Assembly: GCA_964016885.1 (NCBI GenBank)
Contig: OZ024747.1
Location: forward strand, 63,054,001-63,118,000
Source: Eledone cirrhosa
Lineage: Eukaryota
Length of the DNA stretch: 64,000 nucleotides
Direction: 5' to 3'
Below are positions 1-15,581 of this stretch, piece after piece (within the stretch, counting starts at the first letter, position 1; the number at the start of each line of letters is the position of its first letter). The position numbers and the translations under genes are program-made. The notes beneath the pieces were generated by a model. The model did not search any database. It was not told the origin of the DNA and worked only from the letters and a program-made list of their open reading frames with translations.

Positions 1-367
1 TTAAAATCTATGCATAATTCGGAAAGATATATGAAAGAAACTTCGAGGGAGTGGAGCACTAAACTAGTTATGCCAAAGAAAAAAATTGATTATGTCAAAA
101 TTTGAAACTAGAATGCTGGATGAAATTAAATATTGATAAACAACTCTACAAATTTCTTAACTATTCACAGTACTAAGCTCACAACAATTCCCATTACTTT
201 CTGTTTATCTGGTAATTTTCTTTATCTTTAACAGCCTAGGGTTAAGGTTTTCTTAAAAAATATCAAAAGAAATAGTGTTACAGTTGAGATTGAAAGAAAG
301 AGGTGGATTTACTGGATTAAATAAAAAATATTTAAACTACAATGAAAAGAATATATATTGCAAAACC

Positions 368-416
<49 letters not shown>

Positions 417-507
417 TATATATATATATCATCATCATCATCATCATCATTTTACGTCCGCTTTTCCCTGCTTGCAAGGGTTGGATGGGTCCTATAAGAC
501 CCATCCA

Positions 508-555
<48 letters not shown>

Positions 556-863
556 CATCATCATCATCTTCGTTTAACTTTCATCTTCCACGCTAGCATG
601 GGTTAGACGGGAGTTGTCCCACTTGAGGCAAGGTTGGTCGGGTGACCGTGTCTCACACATATAGGACTATCTGGCAGGTTTTCTACGGCTCGATGCCCCT
701 CCTAACACCAACCACATTTACAGTGTGGAACTGGGAACTTTTTCCGTGTTACTTACACGGCCACATTACAGTGTGGACTGTGTGTTTTTTTGTCGTGACA
801 CCTACACGATCTCGATCTCATTATCTCATTTATTTGGACTGAATGTTGTGGTACCAACTTTAC
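556..863 (-). mobile_element. Short retroposon family E, (ATG)n-tailed, sharing the ggaagggcatccagc block with SINE A
   Basis: Homologous to 44899-45198 (+), 23040-23420, 46363-46531, 56175-56450 and 62456-62617 (-). Confidence 0.75.
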
Positions 864-1864
864 AGAGAGAGGGTGGTGTTGGTGAGAGTGGGAGGATAGG
901 GTAGGGGTAGTGGATATATGTATATATTAATTCCAGAATCCACGTCTGATGAGCTATCAAATCCTATTGGGCCCTATCACTACCAATCTTACCTTGAACT
1001 GATCAAATGTCATGTGTGAATAACTTAGATACCTTAGATAGGTTTTGGCCAGTATAGGCCCAGGCCATGTCTCACTTAATAGCACCACCTAATAAACATA
1101 TTATATTGATATGTTGTTCCTGCTCCTAATATATATATATAAATTTGATTATGTGATGGTTGTTTACCAACACTTCAGTATGCAGGTGTGTCTGTAATTT
1201 AAAAACAAAAGTGTAAGTCAACAGGTTAAAATTAACTTAGTTTATTCATATTCGCTGCAATATATATTTCAGCGATAAACATTATTCAACAGCAATGACC
1301 TGAGGCAGCTAGAACTTGAACATTTAGCAGCGAAGGATATAAATGTAATTGGGACACGAGTAACATAATAATGATGTCAACAGCAGAAATAAGAGATGAA
1401 ATGTATGTTTATTTGTTGTAACACAAAGTAATGTTTGTTTAGTTGAAGTTAAATATAAGAGGGTTACAAAAGGAATGTGGCATTGTGCCAGGCCCAAGGA
1501 AGGCCGGCAGGCCAAAGTGTAAATCTCACCGTTACATGTTGTTTGTGCTTACGGAGCAAGAGAATAAGTGGTCTTTACCTTAGCATGGTCAAGCTGCAAG
1601 AGAGAGATTTTTTGGAGCTGACGCGGGAATTTTTCCCTCAGGGCGTGTGTAGGGATACATTCTCCTACGCAGGCGGCGATTGGCTGAGCTGAGCCAAACA
1701 ACGCATGGAGAATGTATATGAGCTCGCGGAATGTAGGTCACTACAAACAGAAAAAACAAGAAAACATAAGGGTGGAACAAAGTTTACCTCTGTTATTTCG
1801 TTAATATGCCCACTTCCGAAGTGTGGTATTGTTTTCTCCAGTTCTTTGAGAAAACAATACCACA

Positions 1865-2310
1865 CTTCGGAATTACCTTGCTAATTCTACCTATGTTGAA
1901 TTTTGACTGGCTGATAAGTCTAATTGATGAAGGATTGCTAAGGAAATCTAATTTATGGTTTTGCAGCTGAATTGGGTTGGAAAAGTTCTGCTCCATCTTC
2001 CAGTTTGAGTTGGTTAACTACTATGTAAGATATATCATTGATTTGTTTAAGTGTAATATTATCTGCTTTTTTATAGTTCTTCCTGAGTTCTTTACCGATA
2101 ACATTTTTCTTTTCTTTTATGTTTATATGATATAAATTTCTGGTTTTATCATATTGGACACATATTAGTACTTTGCTTGAAATCTTTAATTCTCTGATTA
2201 TAATATCTAGTCCTCTTAGGAAGTTGGATTTGTGCTTCCTAAATTTAGTCTCATGAATCATTTTCATAAGATCTCTTTCAAAATTGTCTAGCAGTCTATT
2301 ATGTGGTGGA
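1865..2310 (-). mobile_element. Penelope-like retroelement, reverse transcriptase N-terminal fragment (decayed)
   Basis: LDNFERDLMKMIHETKFR, DKTRNLY..YKK..IN..LKLED and HKLDFLSNPSSIRLISQSKFNIGRISK match the PLE pattern FE.DL..MI..KFR / DKT.N.Y / HK.NF..NP..RLINP.K..IG.ISK; frameshifted. Confidence 0.75.
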
Positions 2311-2933
2311 CTGTTCTATGTTATGAAATTATAATATTTATTTCAGCTTTCTATGCCAATTTTTTTTATCAAAGTGAAAGGTGTACCATCTAATTGATTT
2401 CTGTTAGGAATTGATATGTTTTTCAGGAATTTTCACAAATATTGTTTTTTCATCACTGTTTGGTTGTTATATATATGTATGTGCATATGTATAATTAAGA
2501 ATGGTTTTCTGAAGGGAGTCGGGAAGAAAAACAGTTAAATAAGGTATTCAATACATTAGTAGAGAAGATATATATATATATTTCATATAGAAATGATTTC
2601 TACAAGACTAGAACTGAACTTTTTAATATATATATATATATATATATTTCGTTTCTGAATTTGTTTAGCAAGATTCTTTATGTGAAAACGTGTGTTTTTG
2701 GCAACATGACCCTCTCAAAGTATAACAATATATATATATATATATAAAATTAGAAAAGTATTTTTAAAAACACCATAATCTATGATTGGGTATAACTTTT
2801 ATTCCGTAACATTTACACTTTCTTTTCATCATATATAATACATATAAGTCTTGGGCCAGTAACATTTGATTACTATATTATTTTAATAAAATTAACTCGC
2901 ATCCAAATACTTAAACATGTAGTTACAATGAAT

Positions 2934-2982
<49 letters not shown>

Positions 2983-2984
2983 GC

Positions 2985-3422
2985 AACATTGGTCTCCCTT
3001 ACACTACAGAAATATAGTATTGACATAGCTGCACAGTGAAACACATCTTGCAGGTTCATCACAATTAGAGAAAGTGAAAAGAGATTATGGGTTTTATCTG
3101 TCTGGGAAAAGTGAGAATGAGCCACGTCAGTCAGGTGTTGGCTTTGTCATAATATCAGAAATTACCAAATCTCTTTCTATGCTGCTCATATGTGTATCAG
3201 ACCACATCATGACACTGATATTTGACATAAAACGCAGTACTAGTGCAAGATTGGAGGCATTGAAACCTATCTTATGAAATCACAACTACGCTGGGCTGGC
3301 CATGTCATCAGAATGAATGACAAAAGAATACAAACATTCTTTGTGTCCAGTTAGCCTGGTGGTGGGTATAGAAATGTTGGGCGGCCATTGCTCAGGTACA
3401 AAGACAAGCTGAAGAGTAATTG
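2985..3422 (+). mobile_element. Internally deleted RTE (BovB-like) LINE
   Basis: Endonuclease start (IDIAA..SET; FYLSGK..EPRQSGVGF..SDHIMTL) fused near 3243 to C-terminal QLRWAGHVIRM..GRPLLRYKDKLK. Confidence 0.8.
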
Positions 3423-3560
3423 TCCTTTTTACTCAGTAACTCCCTGCATTTTAATGGCTTTATTGCCTTGCATGTAGTGAATACAAACAAAAAAATATGT
3501 TCAAATGACTACAGCGTTTTATGATAATATTTTATATGTATCATTATATTATATGCACGT

Positions 3561-3746
3561 TGGATTGGCAGTATCGGTAGAGGGTCGGACGCCATGCTTT
3601 GCAGCAAAGAGTTACGGCCCTTTATGATCTGAGTTCAAATCCTGCCGAGGTTAACTTTGCCTTTCATCTTTACGGGTCGATAAAATAAAGTACCAGTAAT
3701 ACACTGGGTAATTTGCTGGACTTGTGCCAAAAGTAGTAACAATTAT
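3561..3746 (+). mobile_element. SINE family B
   Basis: Colinear with 51114-51294. Confidence 0.85.
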
Positions 3747-4316
3747 ATTATATGCACAGTTCATGTCTATCATATATGGTAACAAATATTTATTTACTGC
3801 ACCACATAATCTGTTGTCATAGTATAAACATTACTGCTACTAGCAAAAAAAACCATCCTTCGGGGGGTTTTCTGCTAGCCTGTGTAGTGTGTATATTGAT
3901 ATTATACGCAAGTATATATACATGTAGATATGATACATCGTAATTGACAATATACACAGAAATTGAACGAAGACTGTGTTACACTGTCTTATGTAATCAG
4001 TAACGTAATCCATGATACATTAAAAAAAGACGATATTATATATAAACTGCATTAGGAGAAAATTAGTGACACAAATATATGAATGTTTATTTAAGAGACC
4101 GCTAACCAGAAGTGTTGACATTTGAACATTTTAAAGAAGTGAAGCTTTAAATAAGTAATAACATATATTTAATGAACAGCCACAAAATTTAGTAGATAAA
4201 TTATGTAATATTCATTCATTATTTATTCAAAGTAATCCTACTTATTTTACTAATGGGACAAAAAATTATAAACCGTACACAGTCTCGTGCTCCTTACTTT
4301 ATTATAGTTTAGATTA

Positions 4317-4984
4317 AGAACATTATCTATTGTCATGGACCAACACTATCATTTATAAGAACATTATCTATTGTCATGGACCAACGCAATCATTTATAAG
4401 AACATTATCTATTGTCATGGACCAACACAATCATTTATAAGAACATTATCTATTGTCATGGACCAACACTATCATTTATAAGAACATTATCTATTGTCAT
4501 GGACCAACGCAATCATTTATAAGAACATTATCTATTGTCATGGACCAACACTATCATTTATAAGAACATTATCTATTGTCATGGACCAATGCAATCATTT
4601 ATAAGAACATTATCTATTGTCATGGACCAACACTATCATTTATAAGAACATTATCTATTGTCATGGACCAACGCAATCATTTATAAGAACATTATCTATT
4701 GTCATGGACCAACACTATCATTTATAAGAACATTATCTATTGTCACGGACCAACACTATCCTTTATAAGAACATTATCTATTGTCATGGACCAACACAAT
4801 CATTTATAAGAACATTATCTATTGTCATGGACCAACACTATCATTTAAAAGAACATTATCTATTGTCATGGACCAACACAATCATTTATAAGAACATTAT
4901 CTATTGTCATGGACCAACACTATCATTTAAAAGAACATTATCTATTGTCATGGACCAACACTATCATTGATAAGAACATTATCT
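4317..4984. repeat. 41-bp minisatellite, ~16 copies
   Basis: Unit AGAACATTATCTATTGTCATGGACCAAC(ACT/GCA/ACA)ATCATTTATA. Confidence 0.95.
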
Positions 4985-5130
4985 GTCGTCACAATATATT
5001 ATCTGTTTTTCATTTTCTGTATTCTAGATTAATATATAAATCTTATTTAAAACAAAACAATTCCATTTCTTATTAAATAATATTTTACATAAACTCCCTG
5101 CAATTTAGCAGAAAATAATTCCTGTACTTC

Positions 5131-5318
5131 TAATAATTTTTTCTACTTTTGGCACAAGGCCAGCAATTACCCAATGCATTACTGGTACTTTATTTTATCG
5201 ACCCCGTAAGGATGAAAGGCAAAGTTAATCTCAGCGGGATTTGAACTCAGATCATAAAGGGAGGTAACTCTATGCTTCAAAGCATGGCATCCGACCCTCT
5301 ACCAATACTGCCAATCCA
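5131..5318 (-). mobile_element. SINE family B
   Basis: Reverse-complement copy. Confidence 0.85.
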
Positions 5319-5724
5319 GAAATATTTGGGATGTTGGTGATTGCCATTTTAGCAGATATGTAATTTGTTGTTGTGGTTGAAATTTTGTTTGTTGAAGTTG
5401 TTGAAATGTTGGTCCTTGATTTGTTGTGTGTTGTATGAGCTGATTGGTGTAGTTGGAAAACAATCAGGACCAATCATTGAAATAGAATGAAGAAAAAAGA
5501 AAATGCTACTTTTGATATTCTTATTTGTTTCATGGTCAACAACACCATGCAGCAAAATATAACACAACCATAATATGTAAAAGGCTTGATACAAAAAAAG
5601 CATGTTTCATCATGTGTAGGCCTTTAAATGACTTGGAGTTTAAGGAGTTTGTTTTGATCTCTGTTGTGGGTTTTTTTTTTAACAATATGGCAACACAACA
5701 ACAGGGTGGATAGGGAGGACACAC

Positions 5725-5878
5725 CTTCCTCTCAAAGAAATATTCAAATATTTCTGTAAAAGCTACATGTATTTTAAAAGTAATTTTCCAAGCCAAGTCA
5801 AGGCATAGGGAAGCCTTATAGACTTCATAAAACAATTGCCAGAAAATTACCTCATAATCAGTATAATTTCTGTAAAGG
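5725..5878 (-). other. Candidate pair of micro-exons (28 nt and 29 nt) separated by a 97-nt intron
   Basis: ttcttttttcttttgtttAG|CCTTTACAGAAATTATACTGATTATGAG|GTAATT ... cttttacAG|AAATATTTGAATATTTCTTTGAGAGGAAG|GTGTGT; joined frame LYRNYTDYE-KYLNISLRG is open. Confidence 0.3.
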
Positions 5879-7296
5879 CTAAACAAAAGAAAAAAGAACA
5901 TAAATACTTCATATTGTCACATCACACAGACTCTTTTAAAGGCAACTTTAGAGACTTTTTTTAAAACAAAGTGATTCTGATGCTTAGTTTGGGAAAAGAA
6001 ACAGTAGCACTATCATATGCATACATGCCTTTCCCAGTAAAATTATTAATGAAAAAATAATGTTTTGCTAATTTTACTTCGAATAGGGAGGGTTTAACAC
6101 TTCATGGCCATATTTCTAATAAAATACACTTTATTCTCATAAATTGATGAAGAATTTTGAGGGATTTACTAAACTTATTACTTCATTATTAAAATAGTAA
6201 CTTGACATATGGTTCTTACATAAAATTATGTTGGATGATTTTAATTTAAACAGGAACTATTTAAAATGCTAGTTTACCTTTTCATAAACCATAACTGATT
6301 TTGGCTGGGTTGGTAAACATGGACAAGACCCAATCCCAGAAGGAACTATGGTAACATTACGTTAGCAAACATCCTCTCTTAAACAATTTCCTTGGACAAG
6401 GAGGAAACTGACATTGCTATATCATGATAAAAATGGACAAATGAATGCAACAAATGGAGGGATGCTATGCTGGAGAAGACTCATTCAACCCATGTAAGCA
6501 TGGAAACATGGCTATAAAACTAATGAGGATGAGGATAATGGTGATTATGAGTACTAGGGAAGAATAGGATAACTAATCTCATGGAATGTTAGGGCCTTAA
6601 TAAAATGAATGTTAACTTTGAATAATTTCACCAGTACTTGAAAACCAATATGAGAATCCATTCATTTAATCTGATAATAGTGAAGTAGAATTGCTTCAAC
6701 AAGCTCTGGTTTATGGAAGTCTACTCAGTGACTTTTCAGCTGATATTGGTAAATGCTGTTGCAAAAATTATAACATTAATTTCTATTGATATCCTTATTA
6801 CTCAATATTATTGATTTCCTTTGACTAAACATTAGGAAATGTTTGAATGAGATGCAGTAACATTATTGAATTGAACCTTCGTAACAGGAAAAAATGTGTT
6901 TTATGAATCACAAGGCATAAAAGAGAAAGTCAGACACAACAGGATTTGAACTTAGAACACAGAAAGGTGAAATGATTAAATGCTATAAGTTTGAACCTCT
7001 AGCACTTAGTCATCTACTTTCTATAAACCTATTAAATTTGCTATACTATAAAGGCACATACATGGCTGTGGGGTTATAAATTTTGCTTCATTAGTTCGCA
7101 GTTGTGGGTCTGATTTCACTGTGATGTTGGATCAGGGAACATCATGTGATAAAATTGGATTGATTGAAAGCTGAGGAGAAACACAATTTTCCAGTTGTCA
7201 AATTCATTAGTATATATTCTACTTGAGCATATATCATGTTTAAATATATTCCATATTTAGAATATATATATACCATACTTATGAGTTGCTCTCAGG

Positions 7297-7922
7297 CAGG
7301 GCCGGATTTAATGGAGTGTGTGTGCGTGTGTGTGTGTGTGTGGGGGGGGGGGGGTGACAAAGAGGATAATTGCACTCTTTAAGGTACTATTGAACAGCCC
7401 ATCATCATTACATTGGTTTTTCCATATTTACATAGGTTATATAAATCCTCTCCAGCACAACCATTCTCTACTCATCTCCTTCCTTTGTCATATTCTTTGT
7501 GGTTCACTTTCAGCATTTCCACCTCCACCACATTTTCTTTCCATTCAGAATTCCTGGCATTTCTTTCCCAAAAGCTGCAAACATCCATACCTATTATATA
7601 TCTGTGCACTCATCCAGCTTGTACTCAACCAGGGCCGTATTTAATTGGGGAGCAAAGGGGACATCTTCCCTGGGCCCCCTACAATGGGGAGCCCCACCAA
7701 CGATGGTCGTAACAATTTATTTGTGCCTTCAGCTGGGCTTTTTTAATTTGGAATTTTTTAATTTAATACTTTTATGTATACCTTTTCAATTCCAATTATT
7801 TGTGCCAAGCTAACTTTGATATGTAAAATTGGGATCTTTGTTGTGTATTCTAATTTTTTGTGTGTGAGGGATCTCCCAAACCTGAAGTGCCATGGGGCCC
7901 CCAAGGCCTAAATCCAACTCTG
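7297..7922 (+). mobile_element. hAT-type non-autonomous element with duplicated left end
   Basis: TIR CAGGGCCGGATTTA / TAAATCCAACTCTG, exact 8-bp TSD CTCTCAGG; second left TIR at 7630; sibling at ~32515-32801. Confidence 0.8.
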
Positions 7923-8576
7923 CTCTCAGGAAGGACATCTGGCCCTAGAATACTGCCACAAAACTATGCCAGTATGGAAAAGCATATAAAAAAAATTGTT
8001 CTCTTCTCCAAACAAAATATTCCTCTTACTTTCTTGAATATTTATTTATTTATCCAATAGAATTTTGAGATGCTTTGGAGATAATAAAACAATTCTCTAA
8101 ACCTAAAAATATATTAAATATAATTAGATTTAAGTCAAATTTAGAAGAGAAATATTATTTACTCTCTGTGAGGAGAATAGATAATCACAGCAGTGGTGAT
8201 AATGGTATTATGATGTTAACAATATTAATGTCAGTGTTAACACTAATAATGGTGACTAGTATAATGATAATTATAGAAAATCTCTTATTGTAATAATTGT
8301 AATCACTTTCTTAATTATAAATAATTAACAGGGGAGACAAATTTAGAGATAATGTCTCATATTGTGTTGTGTGTGTGTAATCCTTCCATAATCATTATAA
8401 TTGAGTTAATTAAATTTGGTTATTGAGCTCTTTTGTCCCTGAGTTTACCTTTTCTTTATACATACTAATCAATAATTAATAAGGATATTATTGATTTCTA
8501 ATTTAGGGAAAAGTCCAACACTTAATAATGATAATATTAAAACCCAAACTGTGTTACCAATTAGCTAGCAATATTC

Positions 8577-9240
8577 TTCTTCTTCAGTTCTGTTTGTTCC
8601 CTTTAGGGCATTAGGCAGTTACAGATCCCTATCTAACACAGTTTCATGCTCTAAGCCAGGTCCATATCTGTCAGGCCATCCTTCACAGTCCTCAACCAGG
8701 TTTGACTGGCATCTTTTAGGCTGCCACTTATGGTAGGCTCTAATTAATCCTATCATGAGCAGGCATAGCACATTGCTAAACGTTTTCTATTATCATATGG
8801 TAATTGCATTACTTAGCTCATCCCTTTCCAAGAGATTCTAAGTGTGGTGCTAAGGCAACGTTTATGGAAGACATCTGTGGGTTTAAAAATTCTGATGGTC
8901 TTTTTCCACATTTTGCACACTTAAACTGCCATTGGGATGACAATTAACATACACACAGTTTTGAAATGTTAATAGAGCTTCAAATAAATTGTTAATAGCT
9001 TTACACCACTGACAAAGAATTTTAGCTGAATAAAGATTGTGTTTGTCAGATCACTATGTGAAACAGCTTGGAAAAATAGCCTCAAATCTTGTGCCGTACC
9101 TGGGTAAAAACAACTCACCAACTTCATTGATATACTTCAAAAGAACTCCATATTGAAGAGTGCATCAGAAATAAGACCAGTAAGGCTTGATAAGGACATT
9201 TGAAATTGGTATGTTGCCTTGAGTTGATCAGAATTTCAGC
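8577..9240 (-). mobile_element. RTE-like LINE 3' remnant
   Basis: Decayed RT C-terminal frame (DVFHKRCLSTTLRISWK) ending in a (GAA)n tail. Confidence 0.6.
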
Positions 9241-10207
9241 TGAGATGATATATATTAGTATGAACAACTAGCACTGCCTTAGTTATTTATTAGGTACAGC
9301 AAGAATGTGAGCTTTCCAAGATGACCAAATACTAAGCTAAAAAGTAATATGAGAATGTTTATTGTGTTTAGTTACACGTGGGAAATATGATGAAAATAGA
9401 GAGAAAGAGATCGCTACAAAACTAATTTACACACTAGAAGGACACACATACACAAAACAACATAAATCATTCATGAGATAATATACTCGATGTCACAAAA
9501 TAAACAAAAGGAAAATGTAGATACAATCTATGTTTAAAAGTAGTAGCGTGTATCGACAACTTTAATCTCTATTCTTCTGTGGGTTGCAGTAACAATTTCC
9601 AATTATGTTTTAATCAAAATATACCAGGTAAAACTGAAGTTGTTACAAAACATCACTTATATGATATTTAAATATTGTTTTTTCATCACATTATTTCTGC
9701 TATAGTATTTTTTTGAAGGTGAGCTAACTAAAGCTAATGAATAATATCAGCTGTATTCTTTTCCACTATATAATTATGAAGTAAGGATGAAGCCTGTTTC
9801 GGGGGAAATTGAAAGGAGAATAGTTTTAAATCAATATCTAAATGTTCAATATAATGGTTGTGGCAGGATTTCAACTATTCTAACAGATTCCTCATTCAGG
9901 AAAATGTTGTAGAATCTAAAGAGTTCATTAGTGTGGCTGGGTTTTCTCTGAGAAATATTTACTGCCTTACAATTCTCCCAGCATGTTGTGCAAATATTGT
10001 AGCCTCATTAATACATAAGTACACATTTCTCATTTTGTTTCAATCACTAATCTTAACGTTTCCAAGGATATCTTATGCATCAACTTTAAAATACTTTCTA
10101 TACCACACCTACTGCCTTCTAACGTACCTGACATCCTGAAAATTAATGAATCGCATTGATGCAGACTACCTCTTAACATCTTGTTATAAATAAAATTATA
10201 CATATAC

Positions 10208-10400
10208 AGCAGGTTCAAACACAATGGAACCAAACTCCCACTGTCACTGCCTCCTTCTCTCCCACTCTCCCCATTTCTCACAATATGAGCAAATGAAGGC
10301 CCATGCATTGTCTGCCTCGTGGCCCCAGTGAGCAGAATAGAGAAGATGTTTCCCGAGAGGATGGTGAGGGAGACATGCTGGAAGAGCCATTCCAGTTTGC
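10208..10400. repeat. Unclassified dispersed repeat
   Basis: Inverted homologue at ~35345-35522. Confidence 0.7.
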
Positions 10401-10766
10401 GAGGCTGTTATGATTGAGAAGAAATATCTGAAAATGGATTTATTAATTCAAATATTTATAGTAAATATCTGAAGTCAGGTTTGTTAATTCAAATGTTTAT
10501 ATTATCTTTACTAGTGAAGAAATGGTTTTGGAAACAGGTAGCATTAGAGCAATCCCTTTACTTTTGAGTGTTCTGCATGTTTTATACATTTGACACTTTT
10601 GATACCAAACAGTCCTTAGTTCTCTGATAAAAAAATAATATTTTAAAGATTTCATATTTAAATTTTATATGTAAGAACTATTGTTAATGTGTTCCAAACA
10701 TATATGTAAGAACTATTGTTAATGTGTTCCAAACATATATAATGGAAGCATTAGCTATATGATTAA

Positions 10767-10982
10767 CCCTTTAGCATTTACATTACTCTATATTTACTAT
10801 TGTATTTTCAGTTAAGGTTTTACCTCACAAAATTATCTCACATAATATTGAATCTATGAGATTTTTATATTTATTTTGAGAATAATGCCTTAACGTCAGT
10901 ATGAGTGGATGGTTATGACTGGTTTGTACAGAAAAGGGTGAGAGAATTTTGGCTGGATAGAGCCAGTTTAAATGCTAAAGGG
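10767..10982 (+). mobile_element. piggyBac-type MITE, family C (~216 bp)
   Basis: TIR CCCTTTAGCATTTA/TAAATGCTAAAGGG with TTAA on both sides; eight copies in the window. Confidence 0.9.
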
Positions 10983-11042
10983 TTAAAGCATTCCAAATTT
11001 TCTTATTATTTTCATGATCAATTGATACACATAGACTGTTAG

Positions 11043-11081
<39 letters not shown>

Positions 11082-11083
<2 letters not shown>

Positions 11084-11260
11084 TATCGGGGTAACCACAG
11101 TAAGTAAGGTACTCAATACAAAGCAGAGTATAAATATTTAATATAGAAAAGCTTCTACAGGACTAGAACTGTTTCATTCGTGAGAAATCATCAGGAAGCT
11201 CTTGATGATTTCTCACGAATGAAACAGTTATAGTGCTGTAGAAGCTTTTCTATATTATAT
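11082..11260. mobile_element. Penelope-like terminal-repeat remnant with inverted duplication
   Basis: ~55-bp inverted arms (11141-11195 / 11201-11256) carrying the hammerhead; flanked by (TA)n; related pieces at ~2585-2615 and ~35550-35635. Confidence 0.55.
11150..11200 (-). ncRNA. Type I hammerhead ribozyme motif
   Basis: Minus strand AGCTTC-CTGATGA-T-TTC(TCAC)GAA-T-GAAA-CAG(TTCTAGTC)CTG-TA-GAAGCT: 6-bp stem I, intact core, stems II and III, GUA cleavage triplet; U.U at the base of stem II. Confidence 0.75.
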
Positions 11261-12565
11261 ATATATATATAATATATATATATATTGGAAAATGTGTGAA
11301 ATCCTTTGTACAGTTAGGTATATTTAAAAAAAGGAAAAGAATGACTTCACTTGTAGTTCTAAACAATTTGATTTAACTTTACAATATTATAATTTTACAA
11401 TTTGGTTTTGTAGATCTAAGTTCTTTATTAACTTCGGTGGGGAGATTTTTTAAAGATTTCTGGTTAACTTTCCTGGAGAACTTTCTCGCATTCGTCGGTG
11501 GGGATTGTCAAACTGGTTCAGTCCTGGAATCAAACTCATGACATTTTGATTGTAAGTTACACCCTTACCACTAGGCCACATGCCCCACATAAATATATGA
11601 GTAAAATGTAGTTTTTATGAAACATAATAGACTCAAGCATATTTCTCACTGGTAGAATCATAAGCCTTTCTTTTGATATAACATTCTCTATTCATTAACC
11701 TATCACTCTTCTCACCTGAGAATCAATCATCATTTAATTCTCTTTTTAGTCTTTATCAACTTTCTTTTGTTAACCAGTCATACTGTAAATATTCTACATA
11801 CTTAGGATTCAATACCTGTTGCAGAGTTGCTTTTTAGAATATGTCAGATGCACTTCACCATCAGTGAGTAAAGAGGTATAATATAATTATATATAAAAGA
11901 GCTATAGAAGCTTTAAGTTACAGGTTGTTTTACATCTGAAAGGCTGTAAAATAAAAGTCATAGATTTGTGTAGAAAAAAAAGTATGAAATAATAAAAGAT
12001 CTTGAAGTGAAAAGTGTCAATAATTATATAAGATGTAGTTTTTTACATTGATAATAAGAGCAAACATGGAAGTAGCTGGCTCAACTGTATAATTAAGAAG
12101 TTTGATATGTAACCACATGGGGGTGGGTTATATTTCACTGCATGACATCTTGGGCAAATGTCTCTTACTATAGCACCGTAGCCTGGGGTTGACAGATGTT
12201 TTGAGTGAATTTGGTAAACTGAATGATGCCCACTCTGTACACATACATATATAAGTATGTATGTATGTTCTTCTGGTTTTATAATTTTATAAATTTTTAC
12301 CAATAGAGAGAGAGTCAGTTTCTAACATTGATACAAGACTCTCTCATTGGAATTTAAACAACATCAACTAGGTAGATATGTAGACATGTCTGGATGTTAA
12401 TGTATGTGTGGATGTGGGTGTTTTGAGTTGTATGTGTGCATGTTCATATGTTTGTATCTGAACATGTGTACATGCAGTTATTAGATGCAGAATCTTTGGA
12501 ATGTTTTACATATATTTACTTTTCCATTAATGGCTTATATTTGTAAATTTTTGTATGTATGTATG

Positions 12566-12596
<31 letters not shown>

Positions 12597-12611
12597 CATG
12601 TATCCCAGTAC

Positions 12612-13173
12612 CACCTGTCTCATGGTCGGGCCATTGGCAACTAAACTGGCAACCCCACCAAGGTTTCTTGGTGAGGAGGGTGACTTTGGACATCCTGCAG
12701 GACTAAAAACAAAACCTGTCAAAGGGCAAAGGAGCTCTTAAGAGTCAATGGCCATCCAATATCACCGGGAGAGATGACACCTTAGCCTTTGTCAAGGCAG
12801 AATTCTAGGAGAAGGAAAACTCTGATATAACACCTGCAGCCCTGATGGTATCCAATGATGTTGACTTGTTCTTCTTTTTGGTAAATATCATCTTGGTTAA
12901 GAGAGTGGGACTGGCTTTGTGCAGTGCCTTTGCTCACTATAAAAGCTTCACGGCACAGGCATTGCTTTATATCTGGAGATCTCTCTACACTTGTCGTCAC
13001 ATGGTACCATGGGCCCAGCGCTATGTGTCAATAATTGTCACAAGTGTAGTGTTTGTACCAGACTTTTCAAGTCGCTGGCTGGACTAAAAAGTCACACTCG
13101 TAGGGGTTCGGTAGGGGTTCTCCTACATGGATATAAAGTAGTGGCCGTACTCGAAAACGAGTTGGCAGCCACC
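12612..13173 (+). mobile_element. Non-autonomous RTE-derived element (5' part plus zinc-knuckle 3' end)
   Basis: CSVCTRLFKSLAGLKSHTR C2H2-like LINE end; the 5' part recurs at ~54048-54330 and LAGLKSH recurs at ~38620. Confidence 0.55.
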
Positions 13174-13199
13174 ATGTATGTGTATATATATATACATAC

Positions 13200-13280
<81 letters not shown>

Positions 13281-13299
13281 AAATGTAAATGCCATCATA

Positions 13300-15580
<2,281 letters not shown>

Positions 15581-15581
15581 T

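Noticed and set aside
1-105. Open frame LKSMHNSERYMKETSREWSTKLVMPKKKIDYVKI*, vaguely like a ubiquitin-conjugating E2 C-terminus
   Set aside because: Too short, truncated by the window edge, and the similarity is weak
940-1100. CTGATGAG hammerhead core near the Penelope fragment
   Set aside because: No matching GAAA, stem III or NUH found downstream
4317-4984. CRISPR-like regular array
   Set aside because: No unique spacers, no cas genes, eukaryotic context
6632-6748. Plus-strand exon-like stretch (..SDNSEVELLQQALVYGSLLSDFSADI G|GTAAAT)
   Set aside because: In-frame TAA upstream, weak acceptor, no partner exons
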